A DNA stretch of 50,133 nt, from IMG/VR virus record IMGVR_UViG_3300045988_134114, positions 1 through 50,133 of that record; one strand, given 5' to 3'. Shown in pieces: positions 1 through 7,066 of the stretch (the stretch's first letter is position 1; each line of letters starts with the position of its first letter). The notes below the pieces were generated by a model. The model made no database searches. It saw only the letters and a program-made list of their open reading frames with translations, and was not told the DNA's origin. Source of the DNA: a virus. The position numbers were made by a program, and so were the translations under genes.

Positions 1-17
1 ACTACCGATGAACTGCC
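1..17. repeat. IR-L of the fibre cassette pair (ACTACCGATGAACTGCC; also at 50079-50095)
   Basis: 15/17 match to the reverse complement of 580-596. Confidence 0.7.
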
Positions 18-55
18 GTCCCACAAACATACTATTTCAAGCACGGGAGCACATA
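1..55. repeat. Terminal overlap: bases 1-55 are identical to 50079-50133, so the molecule closes into a 50078-bp circle
   Basis: Direct comparison of first and last 55 nt (ACTACCGATGAACTGCCGTCCCACAAACATACTATTTCAAGCACGGGAGCACATA). Confidence 0.95.
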
Positions 56-312
56 CTCACTATGTGGCATGGAAAGGAACAGGGGCCCAATATGGCACAT
101 TAAGCAGTGGAAATTACTTAGCAACTGCTTGTGATGAACATGGAGATTGGTCTCAAAATTATAATTTGAGTGGGCAAAATAATGCCGCAAATAGCGGTAA
201 AACATCTAGCACAGGGGCACATACACACACAATCGCAAACGCCGGAAATGATAATTCGCATGAAAATCGCATGCCTTTTGAAACCGTCGCCCGTTGGAAG
301 CGAACAGCTTAA
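1..312 (+). CDS. Tail fibre, 3' part (expressed C-terminal cassette A). It continues the ORF that starts at 49119 and runs off the window end
   Basis: Frame 1 is open from base 1 (TTDELPSHKHTISSTGAHTH...HENRMPFETVARWKRTA*). The 55-nt overlap joins it in frame to 49119..50133. Tail-collar-like motif GGEAKHQLTTDELPSHKH. Confidence 0.85.
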   Translation, partial: TTDELPSHKHTISSTGAHTHYVAWKGTGAQYGTLSSGNYLATACDEHGDWSQNYNLSGQNNAANSGKTSSTGAHTHTIANAGNDNSHENRMPFETVARWKRTA

Positions 313-596
313 GCAATCCTTTTCCAACGTTGTACCACTTCGTAAGGCGGACGATTTTCATGCCGAGAGTTGCTGCCAGTAGATGTAACAGAACCACTGG
401 CAGTATGTGAATGGCTACCAGCATCACCGCAAACGTCCATTGCTGCCGCTTCATTTTGATATGTATTTTTTTCTACATTGTCAATATAACGATGCGACCC
501 ATTAGAATAATCTCCATAAATAGTATGCGAATGATTGCCTGCACTTGAAATATTGATCGTTACGCTATGCCCATGACTAGGTAGTTCCTCGGTAGT
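309..596 (-). other. Silent alternative tail-fibre C-terminal cassette B, with no start codon of its own
   Basis: My translation of the minus strand 596->309: TTEELPSHGHSVTINISSAGNHSHTIYGDYSNGSHRYIDNVEKNTYQNEAAAMDVCGDAGSHSHTASGSVTSTGSNSRHENRPPYEVVQRWKRIA*. It is homologous to cassette A at both ends. There is no ATG/GTG/TTG before codon 53, and no minus-strand ORF ending at 309 appears in the ORF track. Confidence 0.75.
580..596. repeat. IR-R of the fibre cassette pair (reverse complement ACTACCGAGGAACTACC)
   Basis: 15/17 inverted match to bases 1-17. Both copies encode TT(D/E)ELP. Confidence 0.7.
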
Positions 597-631
597 TATT
601 AATTTTAAGAAAATAAGAAAGGATGATAAAA

Positions 632-1261
632 ATGAAATGTTTCCAAATCGAAAAAAATGAAGTTTTGATTATTGATGGTGAAAAACAATACGTTGATACC
701 ATCGAAAATTTTAAAAAAGATAGCGGTATTAAATCGTTGCCGGTACGTGTTTGGTATAACAACGAGCAGCCAAATGTCGTCATCAAGACGGATGAGAAAG
801 CCGAAGAAGAATGGAAATCTTACCCCATTGCCGAATATGACGACTATATCGCGGCCATCGACGAATACATGGTAGCGAAAGAAAAGCGCGAGTACGTCCC
901 GCCGACCTTCGAGGAACTCAAAGAGCAGGCTCTTAATTATCAGTACGGCGAGTATGTAAAGCAGCGTGATGCTCTTGTATATGTTGATGGGATGGGCTTT
1001 ACGACGGACGCCGCGGGCCAGCAGGATTGGCAAATTGCCCTTACTCTCATGGGGGATTCTGGGCAGTACAAGGTCTATGACGCGGACGGAAAAACGGCAA
1101 CATTGCAGACTGTAACTAAATCTCAGATGATGGCAGCCGGGGATGCCGCCAGAGCGCAGCAGCTTGCGGCGTACAGCTGTTTCGTCACTGTCCGAGAAAA
1201 TATCAAAAATTGCCAGACCGTAGAGGATTTGCAGGCGTATTTGCCGCAAGAAACCGCATAA
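632..1261 (+). CDS. Tail-fibre assembly/chaperone-like protein (position-based; DUF4376-like by eye)
   Basis: ORF 623..1261. The ATG at 632 has better AAAGGA spacing. It lies immediately after the fibre cassettes. Confidence 0.4.
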   Translation: MKCFQIEKNEVLIIDGEKQYVDTIENFKKDSGIKSLPVRVWYNNEQPNVVIKTDEKAEEEWKSYPIAEYDDYIAAIDEYMVAKEKREYVPPTFEELKEQALNYQYGEYVKQRDALVYVDGMGFTTDAAGQQDWQIALTLMGDSGQYKVYDADGKTATLQTVTKSQMMAAGDAARAQQLAAYSCFVTVRENIKNCQTVEDLQAYLPQETA

Positions 1262-1382
1262 CTAAGCCGTTTTTAGGTGTTGCATAGCATAGAACAAATT
1301 AAGAGCAGGGAACCGCGAAGGATGTATCGGGATTCCTTGCTCTTTTCTATTGTGTCGGATAAGCGCAGGTAAAGAACAAACG

Positions 1383-2393
1383 CTATATCATGTCGATGGC
1401 TTTTCGTAAATCTTTAATCGTCTTGTGTGTATAATCATGCTTCGTAACACCTTTGCAAGCATGGCCGAGAATTTTCTTTGTGGCCGTATCATTGGCGCCG
1501 GCGCTATCCAGCATGGATGCCGTCGTGTGTCGGGTTTCGTGCGGGGTGTGCTGCATATTAAAGTGCTCCATTACGTCGTCAAAGCGGCGGCGCATGGTGC
1601 TGTATGTATGCGGCGTTCCCGTTTCCTGCTGACAGATATATTGCTGGCCGCTTTTGATTCGCTGTACAAACCACGGATAAATGCTTTTATGGATTGGTAC
1701 CGGCCGGTTCCGGCCTGCGTCGGTCTTTGATTGACGCACAATAAAATAATGGCTGCGTAATTTGACATCGCTGGCCTTTAGCTGAATGTATTCTCCGATG
1801 CGCAGGCCCGTATAGATCATGATGAGTACGTCGGCCACCTCGGCCATCTCATCCAGATTTCGCCATAATTTGTTGCGCTGCCTGACGGTAAAGGGATGCT
1901 TCGGGTATTTTTTTACATGCGGTGAAATGTCGACATACTGGGCGTAATTCGTTTTTACGAGGTCATACTTTAGCGCATAGGCGTATAGCTGTTCCATTAA
2001 CCCGCGAATTTTCTTCTGTGTGCAATAGCCGATTCCTTGTTGCTTTACGGTATCGATGACGCCCTGAAGGTGCCCAAAGCGGATAGCAGAAAAGGCCATA
2101 TCGTGCAGCTGCTCGCAATGCCTATATGAATTTTCATATCCCTTCCGACTGGATGCCGACAAATTCGGAAATTTTTGCACTTTCCAGCGGGCATATAGTT
2201 CTTTAAAGGTAATGTTGTCGGAAAATGCGGACGGGTCACGGTTAAAGTCGACCAGAAAGGAGAGGCCATGTTCAAACGTATCAAAATATCCGAGTATTTT
2301 TTGCCGCCCTTCTATCGTCTTTTTCACGACAAACGGCCGCCGCCGGTTCCCCTGCATCCGGTAAACGGTTCCGAAACCATTTGGTAATTTCAT
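1383..2393 (-). CDS. Tyrosine recombinase / phage integrase family (recombinase 1)
   Basis: 336 aa. N-terminal arm-type segment GFGTVYRMQGNRRRPFVV. Catalytic-domain motifs TGLRIGE, HETRHT, LGHA..., DYTH. Confidence 0.85.
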   Translation of the reverse strand: MKLPNGFGTVYRMQGNRRRPFVVKKTIEGRQKILGYFDTFEHGLSFLVDFNRDPSAFSDNITFKELYARWKVQKFPNLSASSRKGYENSYRHCEQLHDMAFSAIRFGHLQGVIDTVKQQGIGYCTQKKIRGLMEQLYAYALKYDLVKTNYAQYVDISPHVKKYPKHPFTVRQRNKLWRNLDEMAEVADVLIMIYTGLRIGEYIQLKASDVKLRSHYFIVRQSKTDAGRNRPVPIHKSIYPWFVQRIKSGQQYICQQETGTPHTYSTMRRRFDDVMEHFNMQHTPHETRHTTASMLDSAGANDTATKKILGHACKGVTKHDYTHKTIKDLRKAIDMI

Positions 2394-2455
2394 AATAAAT
2401 CACTCCTGTTTTCTATTTTTATGGACGATAGGAGCATATCAGAAAGGAGCAGGAG

Positions 2456-3028
2456 ATGAAACTTATTTTATGCGATACAAACGAACGGCTGTGTGCGGCT
2501 TGGAAAAAGAGGTTTGCCGGAGAACCTGACGTCGAAGTCATCCATTCCCGATTCGAAGATGTCGCAGAGTACGACGCGATCGTCAGCCCGGGAAACTCTT
2601 TCGGGCTGATGGACGGAGGCATTGATGCGGCCATTATTGATTATTTTGGCTATGAGCTGATGCAAAGGGTGCAAGCCGAAATCATGGCCCAGTATTGCGG
2701 AGAACAGCCGGTCGGTACGTGTCTGCTGGTCCGTATCGATCATGCCCGGCATTCTGTTTTGGCTCATACGCCGACGATGCGCATACCGCAAAACATCCTG
2801 GGCACGGATAACGTCTATAATGCCATGCGGGCGATGTTAATCGCCGTAAAGCGCAGCGCAGACATAAAAACGGTCTTATGTCCGGGCCTTGGCACCTGCA
2901 CCGGCTGTATGCCGGAAGAGTTGGCCGCGGCGCATATGTATATGGCTTGGCGGAACGTCATGGATCCGCGGCCTATCAGCTGGAAAAATGCCGTAGACAT
3001 TGAGATAGAATTGCGAGGCGCTCCATGA
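2456..3028 (+). CDS. Macro-domain protein (Macro_2-like ADP-ribose binding/processing fold)
   Basis: 190 aa. Motifs AIVSPGNSFGLMDGGIDAAI, AHTPTMRIP, CPGLGTCTGCMP. RBS GGAGCAGGAG upstream. Confidence 0.7.
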   Translation: MKLILCDTNERLCAAWKKRFAGEPDVEVIHSRFEDVAEYDAIVSPGNSFGLMDGGIDAAIIDYFGYELMQRVQAEIMAQYCGEQPVGTCLLVRIDHARHSVLAHTPTMRIPQNILGTDNVYNAMRAMLIAVKRSADIKTVLCPGLGTCTGCMPEELAAAHMYMAWRNVMDPRPISWKNAVDIEIELRGAP

Positions 3029-3486
3029 TGACGGCATTGATGAGCTGGATGCGGAGCCTGATTCCAGTCCAGACAGAAATAGAATGGGGGGCGGTGGCGT
3101 CGGCGGCGGGAGCATTGATTACACATTTTACGGGATGGAGTGATATTCACGAAGCATTGGTCGTCATCATGGCTATAGACTACATTACCGGCATAGCAGC
3201 GGCCTATATCAATCCCAACATGAAACTCAACAGCAAGAAGGGATTCGCTGGCTTTTGTAAGAAAATGGTTATTCTTTGCCTTGTAGCCTTGTCTCACGAG
3301 CTGGATATGGCCCTGGGGCAGTCGACATTGACGCAGCCTTTTGTCGTCTGGTTCTTCATTGCTAATGAAGGACTATCCATACTGGAAAATGCCGGGAAGG
3401 CCGGGCTTCCTATCCCCAAAAAATTAAGAGAAACGCTGGAACAGCTCGCCAGCGAAAAGGAAGAGAAGGGAGAGCGGAAATCATGA
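3025..3486 (+). CDS. Holin (phage_holin_4_1 / TcdE-like family)
   Basis: 153 aa with multiple TM segments. Motif FFIANEGLSILENAGKAGLPIP. ATGA overlap with the upstream gene. Confidence 0.8.
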   Translation: MMTALMSWMRSLIPVQTEIEWGAVASAAGALITHFTGWSDIHEALVVIMAIDYITGIAAAYINPNMKLNSKKGFAGFCKKMVILCLVALSHELDMALGQSTLTQPFVVWFFIANEGLSILENAGKAGLPIPKKLRETLEQLASEKEEKGERKS

Positions 3487-3803
3487 TGTATGAAGGATGC
3501 TTAGATTTCAGTGCAGCACTGGAGGTATTAAAGTCCGGCGGCAAGGTTAGCCGGATAGGCTGGAATGGAAAAGGAATGTTCATTTATTATGTTCCGTCGG
3601 CCTATCATGAGCCAAAAACAGATGCAGGTAAGCACTTGGCCGGAGAAGGCGGAAAGGTGCTATATGGCGGATTTATCGCCATGAAGACAGCTACCGGCGA
3701 AGTGGTTCCATGGCTGGCCAGTCAGACGGATTTGCTGGCCGAAGACTGGTGCGTTTATTTGTTTGGTAGCGAAGAAAAAGCAGTGAAGGGGATTGTGATG
3801 TAA
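3483..3803 (+). CDS. DUF2829-like small protein (same family as the Thoeris anti-defence sponge Tad2)
   Basis: 106 aa. Motifs FSAALEVLKSGGKVSRIGWNGKGMFIYY and SQTDLLAEDWCVY. ATGA overlap with the holin stop. Confidence 0.6.
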   Translation: MMYEGCLDFSAALEVLKSGGKVSRIGWNGKGMFIYYVPSAYHEPKTDAGKHLAGEGGKVLYGGFIAMKTATGEVVPWLASQTDLLAEDWCVYLFGSEEKAVKGIVM

Positions 3804-3804
3804 T

Positions 3805-4386
3805 ATGATGCGCGAGGTAACGTTACAGGAATTAAAGAACATGGCCAGGGCAGCCTACAATGATTTGTGGACGGCAGCGCGAAACATGGGCCGCGATGTC
3901 AAACTGTATTGCCATTGGACCGGCGGAGACTACTACACCAAATTTTCAGACTATCATGTCAACATTGACGGCGACGGCCGCGTCTGGGTCACGACGGACA
4001 ACTTGGCCATGATAAAGGAAGCAACGTATATGCGGAACACCGGCAGCGTCGCAATTACGTTATGCTGCGCCTTAGATGCCGTTGACGAGTATCGCCTGGG
4101 GGCATATCCGCCGACAGAGGCCCAGCTGAACGCCATTGCGCAGGTTGTCTGCGTATTGGCCGATGCGCTGGATTTGACGATTGATTTACAGCGGGTCATG
4201 ACGCACGCCGAAGCTGCCGACAACAAGGACGGCCTGTGGTGCCATGACCCGTATGGCCCGGATTCGACCGTCGAACGATGGGACTTGCTCGTCCTGCGTG
4301 AAGGCTCGCCCCGCTGGAGCGGCGGCGATGAGCTACGGGGGAATGCAAATTTCTACCGCGCGCAGGGCCTTTTGAAAGACGTATAA
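3805..4386 (+). CDS. Endolysin, N-acetylmuramoyl-L-alanine amidase (Amidase_2/PGRP-like)
   Basis: 193 aa. Motifs CHWTGGDY, HVNIDGDGRV, VMTHAEAADNKDG. Sits next to the holin. Confidence 0.7.
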   Translation: MMREVTLQELKNMARAAYNDLWTAARNMGRDVKLYCHWTGGDYYTKFSDYHVNIDGDGRVWVTTDNLAMIKEATYMRNTGSVAITLCCALDAVDEYRLGAYPPTEAQLNAIAQVVCVLADALDLTIDLQRVMTHAEAADNKDGLWCHDPYGPDSTVERWDLLVLREGSPRWSGGDELRGNANFYRAQGLLKDV

Positions 4387-4430
4387 CTGAGGAGGTGATC
4401 CCTTTTATCTGCCGCAGACAATGAAAGGGG

Positions 4431-4652
4431 GTGAGCACCGCTATCATGAGCTTATTAAAGTCTCTTGTGTCGTCCTTTATTAAATCGAAACTGGACGACC
4501 GAAAGAAGGAATTACAGGCCCGGCTGATTGCTGAAATCGGCAGCACGGAATCGGCATGGGTCAAGGCCCGGAATCAGGCCTATATCAATTTACTGGACGG
4601 CGCCGATAAATCCGTCGCCAATCGCATCGAAAAGGAGCTGGATAAATTATGA
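4431..4652 (+). CDS. Hypothetical small protein downstream of the endolysin (start uncertain; alternative ATG at 4446)
   Basis: ORF track. GGGGGTGA RBS-like sequence upstream. Confidence 0.4.
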   Translation: MSTAIMSLLKSLVSSFIKSKLDDRKKELQARLIAEIGSTESAWVKARNQAYINLLDGADKSVANRIEKELDKL

Positions 4653-4954
4653 ACGGAGAAGACTTGAAAGACATCGTTAAAGAAGTTGTATTGGATATTC
4701 TGGGGGAATTCAAGGGCCAGATTAAAGATGTCGTTGTAAGCAGCATTATCCCGTCCGTCGACGACGCCATCGCCGACTTTGCAGCTGAGCAGACGGCCGA
4801 GGCCGACGCTTCCGCATCGACATGGGTTAAAATCAGAAATAAGCTGTTGATCAACGGCGGGATCAAACTGATCTGGTCTTTTGCAAAGAAAGTTGTCGTC
4901 AAAGTGCTGGATAAGGCGGACGAAGCAGAGGCTGATGCCTTGTCGCAGCAGTAA
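4649..4954 (+). CDS. Hypothetical protein (lysis-cassette accessory?)
   Basis: ORF track. ATGA coupling to 4431..4652. Confidence 0.45.
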   Translation: MNGEDLKDIVKEVVLDILGEFKGQIKDVVVSSIIPSVDDAIADFAAEQTAEADASASTWVKIRNKLLINGGIKLIWSFAKKVVVKVLDKADEAEADALSQQ

Positions 4955-5016
4955 CCGGCGACACCGCTGCCACTCGGCAGTATACGATTATCCTACATAA
5001 AACAGTGCAGACAAAA

Positions 5017-5071
5017 AGAAGGCACGTACTTGGGAATGGATAGTTCCCGGTACGCGCCTTCTTTTTTTTTT
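5017..5071 (+). terminator. Intrinsic terminator closing the lysis operon. It lies between convergent genes
   Basis: GAAGGCACGTAC...GGTACGCGCCTTC stem with an inner GGGAA/TTCCC stem, followed by T10. Confidence 0.7.
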
Positions 5072-5078
5072 GCGTATT

Positions 5079-5930
5079 TTACAAGGTATATTTTTCGATT
5101 GTCAATTTTGGGATTTCAAATAGCTCATGATCATCTACTTCGTAATCTTCCCAGCGGCACGGGATGTCAATGTCGTCCTTTTTAGCTATCTTGATAGCCT
5201 TATTTATTAATGCGGAGTTGCAAACTCCTAAGCTGGATTCGTGCTTAATCCAGTAAAAAAGGGGAACGTACATGCTTCCGTCTGGGCGGGCGATGGCTGC
5301 ATCTGTCTGGAACATATCCAGCATAGCCACTTTCAATTTTTCCGCGTCCTCATCGGAAAAGCCGGTTTTTTGAGCAATGAATGGCGTAATACCCCCAGAA
5401 AATATATACGCTCCATAATCTATCTTGGGAAGGGACATTCCGTAGGTTTCCGAGCCGCGGCCTTCTTCTGTCGTGATATTTCCTGACCGCGTAATCTGAA
5501 TATCACGAATCGTCACGGCATCCAACGAGCGCGCCATAGATATAGTAACGGGACCCTTAACTCCGGAAATCATGGTATTTTTAAAGGGTAACATGGAGAA
5601 TACCATGCCGAAGGCGCGGACATCGAAAAACTCCTGACAGAGAACGGATATAGCTTCCGTTTCTTGCTTTTGGCTGAGTAATTTTCGAACGGCAGGAAGG
5701 CTTGCCCGTTCCTTTACATTCTTACATCCGTCGTCAATGCGGTCATGGGCCTGTAATAAAATTCGTTCCCCGGCGAGTTGCAGCCGATTACGGATTTTTC
5801 TTTTTATGCAAACGTCAGTAATTTCTCCGTAGCCGACATAATCCGTACGGGGGCGATTTTCTAATAGGGGGTCGCCGTTCGGGTTGCACTTCGTAGCGGA
5901 TATGATTCCAATGAAATTGATTTTATTCAT
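5079..5930 (-). CDS. cas7: Solitary Cas7 homologue (Csd2/Csh2/DevR-type, type I-C/I-B-like backbone subunit)
   Basis: 283 aa. N-terminal signature ATKCNPNGDPLLENRPRTD...GEITDVCIKRKIRNRL. Further motifs FFDVRAFG, VKGPVTISMARS, ITRSG, KTGFSDEDAEKL. RBS GAGGAGG and ATGA overlap with the upstream gene. Confidence 0.8.
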   Translation of the reverse strand: MNKINFIGIISATKCNPNGDPLLENRPRTDYVGYGEITDVCIKRKIRNRLQLAGERILLQAHDRIDDGCKNVKERASLPAVRKLLSQKQETEAISVLCQEFFDVRAFGMVFSMLPFKNTMISGVKGPVTISMARSLDAVTIRDIQITRSGNITTEEGRGSETYGMSLPKIDYGAYIFSGGITPFIAQKTGFSDEDAEKLKVAMLDMFQTDAAIARPDGSMYVPLFYWIKHESSLGVCNSALINKAIKIAKKDDIDIPCRWEDYEVDDHELFEIPKLTIEKYTL

Positions 5931-6349
5931 TGTTCTTCCTCCTCGGCAGTAATTTCGCTGTATTCTTTGCTGTTAATTTCGTAGTCAATACTTGTGTCGA
6001 GGCCATATAACAATTCATTTACCAGACGGACACGCTGGACGATATTCAAAGCCTCAATTTTTTTGTATAACTCATTATCTGTAGAGCACCCAAAGTAATC
6101 CAACACATCTAAATGCAAGTCCTTGATTTTTGAAGCGGTGACTTTCGAGCCCCAAAGAATATTATATAGGACTTCTTTTTCTCCGTCGGAAAACTCCGGG
6201 AGAGGTGAGAGCGTCATCAAAATTTGATAGCTGTTGACGATCAGCCCCAGCGCGCGGCTAAAGCCGCCATTTCGACGGCTGTCGGCCTTTGTTTGCTCAG
6301 CAAGCAGTTCTAACGGCTCGTTCATATAAATTTTCTTGACTTTTCCCAT
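5927..6349 (-). CDS. Ribbon-helix-helix-like DNA-binding protein with a helical C-terminal domain and acidic tail (candidate operon regulator)
   Basis: The internal start M62 of ORF 5927..6532 has RBS AGGAGG plus a 7-nt spacer. The N-terminus KKIYMNEPLELLAEQTKADSRRNGGFSRALGLIVNSY fits the RHH strand-helix-GxS-helix pattern. Confidence 0.55.
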   Translation of the reverse strand: MGKVKKIYMNEPLELLAEQTKADSRRNGGFSRALGLIVNSYQILMTLSPLPEFSDGEKEVLYNILWGSKVTASKIKDLHLDVLDYFGCSTDNELYKKIEALNIVQRVRLVNELLYGLDTSIDYEINSKEYSEITAEEEEQ

Positions 6350-6372
6350 ATTGATTCCTCCTATAAAAATAA

Positions 6373-6397
6373 CAAAAAAAGCGGCATTTCTGCCGCT
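6373..6397 (-). terminator. Intrinsic terminator/attenuator between the acidic ORF and the RHH-cas7 pair
   Basis: Minus strand reads AGCGGCAGAAATGCCGCT followed by T7. Confidence 0.6.
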
Positions 6398-6407
6398 TGA
6401 ATACTTA

Positions 6408-6665
6408 CTAATCGTCGACCAGCTGGTCGACTTCTTCCGGGGGCATTTCTTCGCTATAAACTTCGACAGCAAAGAACTTTTTCCCCTCGGCAGAAACCAT
6501 ATCCTCATCGACAGGGTCAGGGATTTCCTCACAACCTAAGTCATCCATAACCTTGTCAAAACCAAGAATATCCCATCGTACTGGGTGTAAACTTTCATCT
6601 ACCCAGCCAAGATATACGTCGTCACCATGGCTATTTCTGCCGAAAACCTTATAAAATTTTCTCAT
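6408..6665 (-). CDS. Small, very acidic protein (85 aa), first gene of the cas7 operon
   Basis: Internal start M10 of ORF 6408..6692 with RBS AAAGGAGG. The C-terminal half is rich in D/E (EEIPDPVDEDM...EEMPPEEVDQLVDD). Confidence 0.55.
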   Translation of the reverse strand: MRKFYKVFGRNSHGDDVYLGWVDESLHPVRWDILGFDKVMDDLGCEEIPDPVDEDMVSAEGKKFFAVEVYSEEMPPEEVDQLVDD

Positions 6666-6729
6666 TTTAATTCCTCCTTTACAGCCTTCCATTGCCGGTA
6701 GCCGTCTTAAGTAGTTTTTCTATATAATT

Positions 6730-6758
6730 ATTATAACACTTTATGGGCATAAAATCAA
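6730..6758 (-). promoter_or_regulatory. Sigma70-type promoter of the cas7 operon (-35 TTGATT at 6758-6753, 17-nt spacer, -10 TATAAT at 6735-6730)
   Basis: Read on the minus strand. Operator 1 fills the spacer. Confidence 0.55.
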
Positions 6759-6797
6759 TAGTTTATGCCCATAAGATTAGTAATTTATGGGCATAAA
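6740..6797. promoter_or_regulatory. Three palindromic operators TTATG(GG/CC)CATAA at 6741-6752, 6763-6774 and 6785-6796, with 22-bp centre-to-centre spacing
   Basis: Exact 12-mers seen in the sequence. Half-sites are TTTATG/CATAAA. Confidence 0.7.
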
Positions 6798-7028
6798 CGA
6801 AAAATAGGTAAAATAAGAGGCAATTACCCCGAGTGTTTTTCTAAGCTGCCTATGCGGCAGACACTCACAAAGATGCACGCCCCGTATATTTAAAATACGA
6901 AATTAAGTAAAGAGTAACGGCCGGGCCGAATGCTAACGGTGATGAAGCTCATACAGCAAAAAGGAAGACGTGTAGGAGTTGGGGAGCAGAGGCAAAAAAC
7001 AGGCAAAAAAAGTTGAAAAAACGAGAAA

Positions 7029-7066
7029 AAAGCGGAAATCCCATATTTGGGAAATCCGCTTTTTTG
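7029..7066. terminator. Bidirectional intrinsic terminator downstream of integrase 2
   Basis: AGCGGA..TCCCA-TAT-TGGGA..TCCGCT hairpin flanked by an A-run and a T-run. Confidence 0.55.

Noticed and set aside
605-1249. 214-aa minus-strand ORF antisense to the fibre-chaperone gene
   Set aside because: Phe/Ile/Leu-rich low-information sequence with no RBS. It fully overlaps a better-supported plus-strand gene.
4431-4954. The two small ORFs after the endolysin as a spanin pair
   Set aside because: I see no lipobox or N-terminal TM anchor. They are left as hypothetical.
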